DNA of 63,337 nucleotides, the filler included, from Craspedostauros australis (taxonomy: Eukaryota): the NCBI GenBank assembly GCA_030167865.1. It is 13 parts of 13 records of this genome, joined end to end, with 100 filler letters (N's around TTAATTAATTAA, not from the genome) between each part and the next. Parts side by side here need not be neighbours in the genome. Positions count along the whole stretch, not along the records: positions 24,848 to 39,661 come from JALAGF010000051.1; 12 more parts are not named here. One strand, written 5' to 3'. Of the stretch, positions 26,117-37,713 are shown in pieces. The notes below the pieces were generated by a model. That model was given only the letters and a program-made list of their open reading frames with translations, did no database searches and had not been told where the DNA came from. Made by a program: the position numbers and the translations under genes. The stretch's first letter is position 1. The number at the start of each line of letters is the position of its first letter.

Positions 26117-27439
26117 CTAGACGCTCACGGCGCAGATGCTGTCACCGATGCAATCTCCACTTGCCACGGTGACGTTGTTGAAGATGCACGCCATGACGCC
26201 AACGCAGGCTTTTTTGCCAATCATGCCTGTGTTTTCACGACAGGCCTGTTCCAGGAGGCACGCCTCTCTGTCGACCTCGCCAGTGTTGCTCGCGCACGCA
26301 CCAATCCCGATGCAGGCCTTCTTACCGATATCACCCTCGTTTTGCAAGCACGCAAAGTCGTCGAGGCAGGAGCCATCATCGATGGTGCCGGAGTTTTGTG
26401 CGCATGCATTGTTGCCGACGCAAGCACCATCCTCGATCGCTCCACTGTTGTCAAAGCAAGCGTACGACCCGAGACACGAGACTTGGTCGATCTTGCCGCT
26501 GTTGAGAACGCACGACGAATCGCCGTAGCATGATCTCTTTCCGATCTCTCCCGCATTCCTGCTGCACACAGCCCGCCCCGTGCATGCGTAATCCGAGACC
26601 GTGCCCGTGTTGTATGCGCAGGCAGCTTCTCCGTTGCAAGAAGCCTCGTTGATGTCGCCGGTGTTGACAAGACAAGAGCGAGCACCGTTGCATGAGTACA
26701 AAGGAACGGATGTCTCGATGAACGAGCACGCAGCTCGGCTGTTGCACGAGCCGGGGGCAACGCGGATCGTGGATGTTGTGCTGGGATTGAAGAAGCAGGA
26801 GCCCTCGCCGTTGCAGGAGTACGGGCACACGGTCACAGGCCGATCGTCGCTCCAAATGCATGCCGGATAGGTGGCGTTGGGCGAGAATTGACAGCATTCG
26901 GCGCCAGCGGCCGCGCAGTTGGCAGTGACTTCAGCAGCCGTCCCCGTGAAGCACGAGTCGAAGGCCTTGAAGGATTTGAGAGACTTGACTGATTTGGAGG
27001 ACTTGGGTGACTTGAGCTGACGGGTACCAACAGTGTGGACTTCCGTCACCTCCTTGCGAAGAGTCACTTGCATGGGATCCTGCAACATGCTGCCGTCGCC
27101 ATTGTGATTGCCGTTGCCTGTGGCGCCTTGGAGACGACCGAGATCGGCGTAGTTGTCGTTGCTCTTGTTGCTGTTGCTGGTGGAGGAAGAGGCACGTGGG
27201 CGACGGATGTTGCTTTTGTTGGCACCCTGTGACTTGGCAGTCACACCATCAGTCTTTTCCACTGAACTTTCGGAAAGGAATGAAGCAAGCCTATCTGGAA
27301 GATGCGGTGCTGCGTTGGCTATCTTGTGCTTGCGTGCGATGTCCTTCTCCGCACTGATGTTGATGTCGGCGTCAACGCCGTTGAGCATGACGCTCTGTGC
27401 GATGACCAGGGCGAGGATTTCCTTCTTCATGGTTGGCAT
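26117..27439 (-). CDS. Secreted Cys-rich repeat protein with RXL processing site, KxxK cluster and ~13 repeats of ~18 aa
   Basis: Signal peptide (KKEILALVIAQSVMLNGVDA), RQL-KSPKSSKSVKSLKSFK, then repeats of [IV]xxx[SA]CxGxx[AS]CxxNxGx. Confidence 0.85.
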   Translation of the reverse strand: MPTMKKEILALVIAQSVMLNGVDADINISAEKDIARKHKIANAAPHLPDRLASFLSESSVEKTDGVTAKSQGANKSNIRRPRASSSTSNSNKSNDNYADLGRLQGATGNGNHNGDGSMLQDPMQVTLRKEVTEVHTVGTRQLKSPKSSKSVKSLKSFKAFDSCFTGTAAEVTANCAAAGAECCQFSPNATYPACIWSDDRPVTVCPYSCNGEGSCFFNPSTTSTIRVAPGSCNSRAACSFIETSVPLYSCNGARSCLVNTGDINEASCNGEAACAYNTGTVSDYACTGRAVCSRNAGEIGKRSCYGDSSCVLNSGKIDQVSCLGSYACFDNSGAIEDGACVGNNACAQNSGTIDDGSCLDDFACLQNEGDIGKKACIGIGACASNTGEVDREACLLEQACRENTGMIGKKACVGVMACIFNNVTVASGDCIGDSICAVSV

Positions 27440-29433
27440 GGTTGCGAATTGGGTTTGGTGGGTTGCTTCGTTGGAATGCTCTGCTTGCTTGGATCTTTCG
27501 GATTGCTGGAATTGTGAGTGTTGGTCTGAACTTCGAACTGCGATGCAAGCAATCGGTTGACGTCCGCGTTGTCAGTAAACTTGTCGACCGACATCCACGC
27601 TGGCCTTCACAACTCTTACAGTACCAAGATTGCGACACACCTTGGTTGGCACCCTTCGAAGGATCGCCCATTGCGGGCATCGCACGACGTGAGTACGGGT
27701 GTTTGCACCCTTGTGTCCTCAGTGGTGCAGGCATTCGGCAGCGTTGGGTGGTCGCGATGTGGTGACTGGCGAGATCCAATTTTGTGTCGCCGCATCGGAT
27801 CCAAAGTTTCCCCAACCACGATTCGTAATTGGGTTTGGCTGTTGTTTCCTAATTGCCGTATGTTGTTTCTGTCGTATCGAGCGCAAGGCGATCTCAACAA
27901 ATGTCCCAGTAGTACACGAGGATCAGTGCGGAATCCAATCGACAAAAAATGACTTCGCCCTATTTCCGACAACAGATCGGAAGTGACGAATTCCTAAGCG
28001 TTTGTAATCAGAATTGTTCGACGATACTGTTGTCCGATATATTGACGAACATATGTTCTTTCTCCACGCCACAGTATATCGAACAGTTGTTCTCACGAAC
28101 AGGCAGCGACGTGTCTTGGTTGTGGTCCAGCAGGTGCCGCGAAGAAGAAGGAACATGGACGTGAACGCAATTGGCCAATCAGCTCCGGAATTTGCGCAGC
28201 GAATTTGTTCTGGAGACATTTCGCACTTGACTCCATCTGTTCTGTGATGGTTGGAGAAGTTCGGTTTCTCGGGCGGTTCCCATTCGTCTGCATGGTCGTA
28301 TCTTTTGGCCCATCTGCTCCGTTGCTGCCGAACTTTGTCTGGATGGGTCCAGAAGATGTGCTTGTGCGTCGATCCAGTTCTCTTCCGCAACCACCCATCA
28401 CCCACCTCCGTCGGAACACAAGGCAGAGAAGATTCTTTTGCCCACCGATACCAACTGCGCGCGATGCGTGACGCGCGGTCTGGTGATGTTGTGTTGTTGG
28501 CTGTTCATGATTTGGCAAAGAGAGGAACAGAGGATGATGGATAACGGATGATGAATGCTCTCCTCACATTCTCACTCGCCGACGACACTTCCAGAAGTAA
28601 ATCCGCTCTCGTCTTTGCTCGATTGCCCCCATCATCGTCGCCGCCGTGTTCACCACACTTCTCTTGCAGTTCCTCGGCACATTCAACAGCTTCCCTTCTT
28701 GCCAGGAACGGGACAACACCATTGCTGCGCAGACATCCCTCACAAATTTCACAGAGGATACCAATCAAAGGTGAGTACGATACCAGCATGCACTATTGCT
28801 GCCTGGACTTGGCGCGCAGCGCGCGGCAGATACCCATCACGATATCGCGGCCGCCGCGGGAGATGTATCACTTCCCCAAAAATGAGCCATGAAAGCTGGC
28901 ATCGGCTTTGTGGACAGTTGGATGTCAGATTCGAATTCGCTTTCCATGAGCGCCTGCTGTTCCCTCGCACGCAGGCGATACCCTGGGGCTTCCTCTTCTG
29001 GTTCGGCTTTTCGCACCTCCAGTGGAGGCGTGTGGGCCATGGTTGCGTTTGCCACGACAGTGTCAGCAGGGATCGGACTCCAATGCTCTCCGCAAATGGA
29101 AAGCCGCCGAAATCTTCCATCCCGACAATCGCGCTCATTGTCGTGGTGGCCGCGGTGTGGTTCGTGCGTTGGTTCGTGTTCTGTTGTGCTCCGCGCTATT
29201 CGCGAGACGTTTGCGTTCGCGACCGTTTCCTCGACAAACGCACTTGCTCACAATCTGCAAACACCGTCTTCTCGAACGCAATCGTTCATATTATACCCTT
29301 TCATCATCGTACCCGCACAATCTCGTGGCAGGTTACTCCATTGCTCTACTGCGAGTAGTATAAGACGAACAGTTCACTCTAGCCGGGAAACGCTGAGCAT
29401 TGATCCATTTTATTGCGATACATCCTCTGCGCC

Positions 29434-32400
29434 ATGAAATTCTCTGCTTTCCATTTTGCCGCCGCGGCACTGGTGGCTACATTCGGTTGCGATGATGCTG
29501 CAGCATTTGTGATCCCCGCATCCCTCACCAAGCACGGCCACAAGATTGAATCGGCCACCTCCTTGCGCGATGGTGCCTCCGCCGACGATGGCGCCAAGAA
29601 GCGCGTTGTCGTCGTTGGAAACGGCATGGTCGGACAGCGCTTCATGGAGAAAATGTTGAAGATTGACCCGAACAGCGATGCGTGCCAACTGACGACATTC
29701 TGCGAAGAACCACGCGCAGCCTACAACCGCGTGAAGCTCACGTCCTACTTCGAGACAAAGGATCCCTCGGACCTGTCCATGACATCCGAGTTCGACAAGG
29801 ACGGTCGCACAGTGTGGTACGACGAGAACAACGTCGAGCTCCTGCTAGGCGACAAGGTCGTCTCCGTCGACCCTGCAGCCAAGACCGTCACTGGATCCTC
29901 GGGCACGACGGTCCCGTACGATGTCTGCGTCATGGCAACGGGCTCGTATCCCTTCGTCCCGCCGATCCCAGGCCACGAACGCCCAGGCGTCTTCGTGTAC
30001 CGAACCATCGAGGATTTGGAGGCCATGCTGGCCTACGCCGAGGAGCACAACGTCCAATCCGCCGCAGTCATTGGCGGTGGCCTGCTGGGTTTGGAAGCCG
30101 CCAAGGCGGTCAAGGACATGGGCGTCACGTCCCACATCATCGAGTACGCGCCCATCTTGATGTGCCGCCAAATCGATCAGGGTGGTCATGATGCGCTCGT
30201 CGGCAAGATCGAGAGCATGGGACTCCAGGTCCACTGCGACGCACGCACCGAATCCATCGTGGGACAGGACGGCTCCACCGACAAGGACAGCGATTCGCCA
30301 GTCGCCGGTCTGAGATTCTCCAACGATGGCTGGGATGATCTGCCAGTCCAGATGGTCGTCGTCAGCTGCGGCATCAAGCCACGCGACGAGCTCGCGAGGA
30401 ACACCGACGGCGCCATCGCCATTGGTCAACGCGGAGGCATCGTCGTGGATGACACGATGAAAACCTCCGACCCCAACATCTACGCCATCGGCGAGATTGC
30501 CCTGCACAACAATTTCATCTACGGTCTGATCGCGCCAGGCTACGTCATGGCTGATGTCGCTGCCAAGCACGTCGCGCACAAGCTCGGGGTCGGCAACGTC
30601 GATCCCGCGGAAGTGGAAAGCGCCGCCTTCACGGGTGCCGATATGTCCACCAAGCTCAAGCTGCTCGGTTGCGACGTCGCATCCTTCGGTGTCAACCAAC
30701 CTGCCGCCGATGACGAAGACGTCCAATCGCTGGTGTGGAACGACCCATTCACCGGTGTGTACCGCAAGCTCATCTTCAACAAGGCGGGCACCAAGCTGCG
30801 TGGTGGCATTCTCGTCGGAGATGCATCGGACTACGCCACCCTTCACAAGCTGGCTGTCGGATCCGACGAGGAGCTCGGAGAGGATCAGCATCCATCCATG
30901 CTGCTGCCACCACCATCGGTGAAGACCTCGGGTGGCGTTGAGGAGGAGGCTGTCAGCACAGATCCGAGCGCCCAAATTTGCTCCTGTAATGACGTTTCCC
31001 GTGGTGCCATTGTCGACGTCATCCGTGACCTCGGCGTGGACGGCGCCAACCTCGCGGCAGTCAAGAAATGCAGCCAGGCCGGCACAGGCTGCGGCGGATG
31101 CGAGCCCCAAGTCAAGACGATCCTGGCAGCCGAACTGGAACTCATGGGCGGCTCCTTGTCCAACCACCTTTGCGAGCACTTCGAATACTCCCGCCCCGAA
31201 TTGATGGCATTGATCCGCACCGACCCCGACCCATCCTCCGTCGACACCTTTGACAAGATCCTGGCGAAGCACGGAGCTGGCGGAAACGGATGCGAAACTT
31301 GCAAGCCCGCCGTCGGCTCCATCCTTGCATCTCTCCAGAATGACATCGTCCTGGGACCCAAGGCACTCGCACTGCAAGACACCAACGATCGCTCCCTGGC
31401 CAACATGCAACGTGGCGGATCATACTCCGTCGTGCCCCGCGTTCCCGCAGGCGAACTCAAGCCAGAGCAGCTCATTGCCCTCGGCGAAGTCGCCAAGAAG
31501 TACAACCTCTACTCCAAGGTCACAGGCGCGCAGCGCGTCGATCTGTTCGGCGCTGCCAAGCACGAGCTGCCCGACATTTGGGAGGAGCTTGGCAAGGTCG
31601 GATTCGAGTCGGGTCATGCGTACGGCAAGGCTCTGCGCACAGTCAAGTCATGCGTCGGTTCCACCTGGTGCCGATACGGAGTGCAGGATTCTGTTTCCTT
31701 CGCCATCCGCGTTGAGAATCGCTACAAGGGAGTCCGATCGCCGCACAAGACCAAGTCCGCCGTATCCGGTTGCGTCCGCGAATGCGCCGAGGCACAGAGC
31801 AAGGATTTCGGAATGATTGCCACCGAACACGGTTACAACCTCTACGTTGGAGGCAACGGTGGTACCAACCCTGTGCATGCCGAGCTGTTGGCAGCCGACA
31901 TCGACGAAGACACGGTCCTCAAGTACCTCGACAGATACCTCATGTACTACATTTTGACGGCCGACAAGCTGGAGAGAACCGCAGTCTGGCAGCAGAAGTT
32001 GCCCAGCGGCAAGTCCGGAGGTGGACCCATTGAGCATTTGAAGGAGGTCATCATTGAGGATTCGCTTGGAATTTGCGAGGAGCTGGACCAACGCATGTCT
32101 CACCTCGTTGACACCTACCACGACGAATGGGTAAGTCAGTGTGATCCAGTGTGGTCCGATCTGATCTGATCCGACCCGATCAAGCACTGTGCTCTTTTGC
32201 TGTTGCCTGCCAGGTTTGTGAGTTGCATTGAAGTATTGACGATTTCATTATTCTTACGTTTCTTTGCTTCCTTCTTCAAATCACACTTGCGCTCATCCTG
32301 ATGATTGGCTTTGACACCGTCATGACAGGCTGAGGTTGTGAAGAATCCAGAACTCCGCAAGCAGTTCAAGCAGTTCGCCAACACCGACGAGATCATCCCC

Positions 32401-33015
32401 AAGGATGATATGATCGAGTTCATTGACGTCCGCGGGCAATCCCGTCCTGCCGACTGGCCAAAGGATGGTCAACCACAAACGATGTGGGTGCCACCGGAGA
32501 TCAACATCTTCAACAAGTCCCAGAAATCCTGGGTTGCTGTCGGCAAGCAGTCCGACTTCCTACCAAACGTTGGCACACCAGTCCTGTACGGAGAATCGCA
32601 GCTCGCGGTCTTCAACAACGAAATGCGTGGCGAATGGTACTGCACTCAGAACATGTGCCCGCACAAGCAGGCGTTCGTCTTGTCGCAGGGCATCATGGGC
32701 GACAGTAACAACACACCAAAGGTCGCATGTCCACTCCACAAGAAGCAGTTCAGCCTCGAGTCCGGAGAGCAGATTGGCGGCGATGACGGCCTCAATATCC
32801 TGACGTTCCCCGTCAAATTGGACGGTGACAACGTGCTCGTCGAGCTCCCAGCCGTTCCGGAGATGGATGCGATCCTTGGCACCAACGGGCTCAGAGTCCA
32901 AAAGTCCGACTGCGTCGACATTGCAGGAGACGCGTTGAAGGTTCCAGTCCGCGGTCGCGAAACAAGCACCGCACTCGGTGCCGAGAGTTCTCCAAAGCCC
33001 AAGGGTGGCAAGTAA
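29434..33015 (+). CDS. nirB: NAD(P)H-dependent assimilatory nitrite reductase, NirB with fused C-terminal NirD/Rieske domain; exons 29434-32130 and 32329-33015
   Basis: FAD motif VVVGNGMVG, NADH motif VIGGGLLGLEAA, 2Fe-2S CSCN...GTGCGGC, siroheme/4Fe-4S KSCVGSTWCRYG and SGCVRECAE, Rieske NMCPH...ACPLH. Phase-0 GTAAGT...CAG intron. Signal peptide ends AAA-F. Confidence 0.95.
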
Positions 33016-33446
33016 GAGGGTGGGGTGTCATTGTATGGTACATCAGAACAGAGTGCCCTGGAGAGCGCTGTCAGTGACAAACCACACATGCCATACACAG
33101 CACACACTGATTACTCGTGCAGCACCATGCACCCACAACGGCAGCGGTTTGTCCAGGCCATCTCGGCTTCGTACCAACCACGCAGTTTTTGAAATTCAAG
33201 CCCGTGCCAAGTAGGCATCATTTTCGAAACCAACAGCAACAGTAGCGGTAGCGACGAAAAATGACTGGCGCGCAATTAGAATGCTTCATTTGGATACCAT
33301 GTCCATTCTCTTGTCTCTCTCTCTCTGCTGTTCGTACCATTGACTTGCCTGTTGCATTATGTCATACTCCAAGTCAAGATGCAACAATTGATTCGTGGAG
33401 CATGATGGCTTTACATAAAAACACAAGGCGCACGAGGATATCCTCT

Positions 33447-35150
33447 CTAGCACCCCTCTTGATCGAGTCCGTACGTTTGCGATATTCGTCGAGACAAATT
33501 CGTGTCCAACGCCGACATCTCCTCTATCACATCCAAAGTCGCTTGCGTCAGGTTCTCGCGATCCATGTACACCAACTGACTGGCCTTGTCCAAGTTCTTC
33601 GTCACGCGATACCTGCGAAAGTCCTCGGTGTAGTCACCGCGCAACAGTTCCTCCAGCTGCACCGCCTCGCGCCTTTGTATCGTCGCGGGACGTTCCTGTT
33701 GCAGGACACCGTACATGAGCAAGGGCAGAGTGATGTTGGACAACGTCTCCGTCAGGCCGACCCAATCCATGGTGCTGTACAGAAAGTCGAAAACCTGGTC
33801 ACATTCGTCGTGTTTGACTGGTACGCCCGCAGGGAATTTCTCGGATGCTGACTTGCTCTTCTTTGTTTTCTTCTCCTTTGTGTTGCTATTCTCGGCAGTA
33901 TCGGTTGGATTGGAGTCCGAGTCGGATATGGCGGAGGCATCATTCTCCTTGCTTTCAGTATCCGTATCCTCACTGGTTCCCTCACCATCGCCATCACTAT
34001 CACTGTCACTGTCATCATCATCATCAGCAGCAGCAGAAGCATCAGTATCATCGTCATCGCGTTTGCTATCGCCGCTCCCGCCTTGATCATCCTTGTTCGA
34101 CGACGATTCGTCACTGGATTCCTGCACAACCTGCCCCGCAAGTTGCGCCTTCCGATGCCGCCCGCTGGCCCTCATGGAATGCTCGCCACCGTAGAGGAAT
34201 TGGCATTGCGGATTGGGCAAGGAATGATGCAGGAAATTCTCCAACGTGGCATTGCATCGCGGAAAGCTCTTGTTGCGTTTTTGAACGTGGAAGAAATTGA
34301 AATGGGACAATGCGTAGGCAATGGCATCCTCGCGAACGACCGTGAAGAAGAAGGACGGGATACCGTTGGCGCGCGCCGTTGTTCTCCACCGCGCCAAGCG
34401 CTTGTGCTGGATCTTGAGGGAGGGCGAGCTGGAGGCGTGGACTTCGTAGACGAGGATCGATCCGTTTTGGGTGCCGTTGACGATGGCGTCCTCCACGATG
34501 GGCACGGTGTCATTGTAGGTGGTTCGATTCTTGGCGAATACGTATTGCACGTTGGACATCGATTGGAGGTTCTTTCGGATGGTCGTGCCGCCCGATTTGG
34601 GGATGTGATGGAAGAAGATGATGCCTCCCTTTGCGTTTGACTTGTTCTCATGTGACGACGAGTGGTCCTCGCTGTCGTTGTTGGATGTCATGTCCTTCGA
34701 TGGAGGTGCCGCGGAAAACGATTTGCTGGCCTTGTCCCACCTCGGCTTTGATTTGCTGCGATTCTGTTGCAGCTGTTGCGGTGCCACCGCACCGTCCCAT
34801 TCTTTCAAGACGCGTTGCAAGTTGGAGTAGACCTGACAATGCGGTGGCTGCAACGAGTCCGTTCTGTTGCTGCTACCATCATCATTATCATCATCGTGAT
34901 CGCCTTTGCTCCCAATCTGCTCCAACCGCTTGATTGCATCGCTGGCATCCGTCTGTGACGATTCCTGGCTGATTGCAGGATCGATGCCCAAGTCCACGGC
35001 ATCCTTCGTCGACGGACAGTCCCCAACAGATGACGCGTCTGCCTGACATGTGAAAGTCTCTGTCGCAGTGGCATCTTGCGCATCGATGGACCAGCAGCCC
35101 AGCAGCGACAGAAGCACAACGAGATTGAGTGTCATCAGCTTTCGCAGCAT
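33447..35150 (-). CDS. Secretory-pathway sulfotransferase-family protein
   Basis: N-terminal hydrophobic signal, PAPS-binding motif FFHHIPKSGGTTI, FTVVRE...SHF, NPQCQFL, DWVGLTETL and late LDTNL motif. Acidic low-complexity insert. Confidence 0.75.
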   Translation of the reverse strand: MLRKLMTLNLVVLLSLLGCWSIDAQDATATETFTCQADASSVGDCPSTKDAVDLGIDPAISQESSQTDASDAIKRLEQIGSKGDHDDDNDDGSSNRTDSLQPPHCQVYSNLQRVLKEWDGAVAPQQLQQNRSKSKPRWDKASKSFSAAPPSKDMTSNNDSEDHSSSHENKSNAKGGIIFFHHIPKSGGTTIRKNLQSMSNVQYVFAKNRTTYNDTVPIVEDAIVNGTQNGSILVYEVHASSSPSLKIQHKRLARWRTTARANGIPSFFFTVVREDAIAYALSHFNFFHVQKRNKSFPRCNATLENFLHHSLPNPQCQFLYGGEHSMRASGRHRKAQLAGQVVQESSDESSSNKDDQGGSGDSKRDDDDTDASAAADDDDDSDSDSDGDGEGTSEDTDTESKENDASAISDSDSNPTDTAENSNTKEKKTKKSKSASEKFPAGVPVKHDECDQVFDFLYSTMDWVGLTETLSNITLPLLMYGVLQQERPATIQRREAVQLEELLRGDYTEDFRRYRVTKNLDKASQLVYMDRENLTQATLDVIEEMSALDTNLSRRISQTYGLDQEGC

Positions 35151-35559
35151 CGCGGTATGAGTATGAGTATGGGTATGAGTATGAGCACGAGTAGAGCGGA
35201 GTGTAGCAGAGCGGCGGCACGCCCTTGTAGATAGTATCTGCGCTGGATCGAGAGCTGGGTTTGTGGGGAATGGAACAACACAAAACAGGCGTTTCGGTAT
35301 GCCAGACACGAGTAATATCTGAGTCACGAGAAGCATAGTGTGTAGAACTAAGCTAGATGAATGAACCATCTTGCTGAGATGCATCGCTCCACTTCAAGAT
35401 CTGCGTTTGAGCTTGGGGGGCGGGAGTGGGACGTGTAGCGCTCACGGAACCAGACTAAGCGTGGCGTTCCATTGTGTTATAATCCATCCAAGTCTTCGAA
35501 TGTTTAGGTGACATGCTTCCAGGCAGACTTGCACTCCACTCGAATGTCCAACAGCCGTC

Positions 35560-36375
35560 TCACGCCGCCATATCCCAATGACGCAGCTGGCAATGCACCT
35601 TGGCCACATCCACCATATAATCGCGTGATCCGACGACCTTGGCGTATTGCGTTCGCACGGCCGATTTCATGTAGTTCTCCGCCTTGCCGGTGTTGCCACG
35701 AATTTCGTTGTACAAGCTGAGATACAGCAACGCGTAGAATTCATCGCTGCCCCGTTTCGCATCATGCCCGGCCATGGCCAGCGACTCCTCCGTGGCATCG
35801 CCGCGGAACAGATCGTAGACGACCGACATGATCGGCCGCCGATCCTTCTTGCCGGGCGGCAGCGACAGCATGGTGGGTGGTGGGAAGGGCGTGCCGGGCA
35901 TGCGTGCCAGACAGGCAATGTCCCACACGATCTCCTCGACGTCCAAAGGGCTCGAAAGGACGTCCTCGCGGAATTGCCGACTGCCGGCTTCGAAGTCGTC
36001 GGCGTAGTAGTACGAGATGCCACGCTGCCACAGATACGTGGCGCGGTTTTCGTAGCCCGCGGGGATGGCGGCGTCGAAGCTCGCGATGGAGCCTTGGATG
36101 TCGGCATTGCGGAATCGTTCCATGCCTTGGATGATGAGAGGTCGGGATAGCGGCGGTGGTTGGGACGATGACGCGGATGTCGTCATGCCGAGCGTCGTCG
36201 TTGGCCATTGGTTGGCTTGGAGGCTACTGGTGTGAAACAGACTGCCGCCTTTCACGACGAATGCGTCGCAGGCATGATGATTGTGATTGTGCAACATGGA
36301 CGACGCAATGAGGGCCAACAAGATTCGGAACCCCCGTCGATGGGGTTGGGCGTAGGCGGATGAACGGTTGATCAT
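35560..36375 (-). CDS. TPR/NlpI-like helical protein, probably plastid-targeted; start may be 36534
   Basis: GMERFRNADIQGSIASFDAA, YLWQRGISYYYADDF..GSRQFREDV, DVEEIVW, DRRPIM and FYALLYLSLY. Hydrophobic leader with CDA-F. Confidence 0.75.
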   Translation of the reverse strand: MINRSSAYAQPHRRGFRILLALIASSMLHNHNHHACDAFVVKGGSLFHTSSLQANQWPTTTLGMTTSASSSQPPPLSRPLIIQGMERFRNADIQGSIASFDAAIPAGYENRATYLWQRGISYYYADDFEAGSRQFREDVLSSPLDVEEIVWDIACLARMPGTPFPPPTMLSLPPGKKDRRPIMSVVYDLFRGDATEESLAMAGHDAKRGSDEFYALLYLSLYNEIRGNTGKAENYMKSAVRTQYAKVVGSRDYMVDVAKVHCQLRHWDMAA

Positions 36376-37098
36376 GATATGTTCTGCGTTACGGATATTG
36401 CAAGCATGTGTGATATGCCTTGAGAGAGCCTGGGGTGCGTCCAGAGAGGGGGCCGCCGGTTGTGTTCCTGAGAGCCTCAAAGGTCTGCGAGACAGATGGA
36501 AAAGATTTGATGGGTGTTGGTTGTGTTGTGCCATGTTTTGTCATCTCTTTGATCCGCAGCGAAGAAGATCGATCGTCTCGTTTGGATCTATTGGAGCCAA
36601 TCCGAACAAGAGAAAAGATCGTTGGTGATGGGTTCACCCAGTGACGTCACGAGTTTGGGCTTGGAAGGTGGGGAGTGGTGCTTGGCATGGGTTGTTGTCT
36701 CGCCTTCGTTCGACGCAGAATTGCAGAAAAGCAATCTCTTGGTTAACGTACTATCAAACGACTAACCGATCAATCCATCAACCCATCAACCCATCAACCA
36801 GCACCTCGGAGGTCTGGAGGAACACCAACCGCGGACAAGAAGTTCATTCAAAGCGCAGAAGTGCTCGGCTCCGGAGAGAGCTGTGTCTTTGTGGAGAAAG
36901 TGCTACGGCGAGAGATCGCCGTGTGTGGCAGTGCTGCTGGATGTGATATTATTGTACTCGACAATGGTCTAGTTTATTCGGAGTAGTAACTTGTTGTATG
37001 GACATCGTGACGTGCCGCGTTTTGGCTGGCCTGTCCTTCAAAATCGGTAGAGCACGCGTTCGTGCCTTGTCGGCCAAGCGCATCGTCTTTGTCACGCG

Positions 37099-37713
37099 TT
37101 ACGCTGTGGCGCTCGTGACGACCCTCTGCTCTGCGGAGACCGATATCTGCACCTGGATGACGATGGTCTTTGGTGCGCTCCCTGTGCGCGCTTCTATCCC
37201 CTTGTTCATGAGGACTTGGATATGGTCCTGTGATTGCAGCTGTGGTAGGGGGAGCGGCTGTTGGCGTTGGTCCTTTGACAACAGCAACTGATGCTGCTGC
37301 GCCTTCGTTGGCTCGCTGTGTTCTGCGTTGCAGTGCGTATCCAATTCCGCCTCGCACAGAACCTGGTTTGCGTCTGATCCAACAGTAGATGTGGATGAGA
37401 TGCGTGGCATCGATACCGAAGCCTTCGACGATCGATGCTTGCCCTTGTGCACCTTCGCGTTGTCGTCCACGATCGACAATCCAAACACGAAGATGCGATC
37501 GTCGCACGAGTATGATGGTGACATCGAGCACAACGCGCAAGCTGATGGCAACGACGCAATTGATGCTGTCGATAACGATGAGGCATTGGTCGTCGCATCT
37601 TCGTTGGATGGCGTGCAGTTGCCATCATCAGGAAGCGAGTCGCATTGCTGCTGCTGCTGCTGTTGCTGCTGCTTGGACAGGATCTGCTGTTTCAAGAAGG
37701 AAGCGAGAGACAT
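37099..37713 (-). CDS. Hypothetical low-complexity protein with a poly-Gln tract
   Basis: 204-aa ATG-initiated ORF with a (CAG)n tract and no recognisable domain. Confidence 0.3.
   Translation of the reverse strand: MSLASFLKQQILSKQQQQQQQQQCDSLPDDGNCTPSNEDATTNASSLSTASIASLPSACALCSMSPSYSCDDRIFVFGLSIVDDNAKVHKGKHRSSKASVSMPRISSTSTVGSDANQVLCEAELDTHCNAEHSEPTKAQQHQLLLSKDQRQQPLPLPQLQSQDHIQVLMNKGIEARTGSAPKTIVIQVQISVSAEQRVVTSATA

Noticed and set aside
27560..29400. Many overlapping 100-270-aa ORFs between the Cys-repeat gene and nirB
   Set aside because: No codon bias or motifs. Most likely a divergent intergenic or promoter region.
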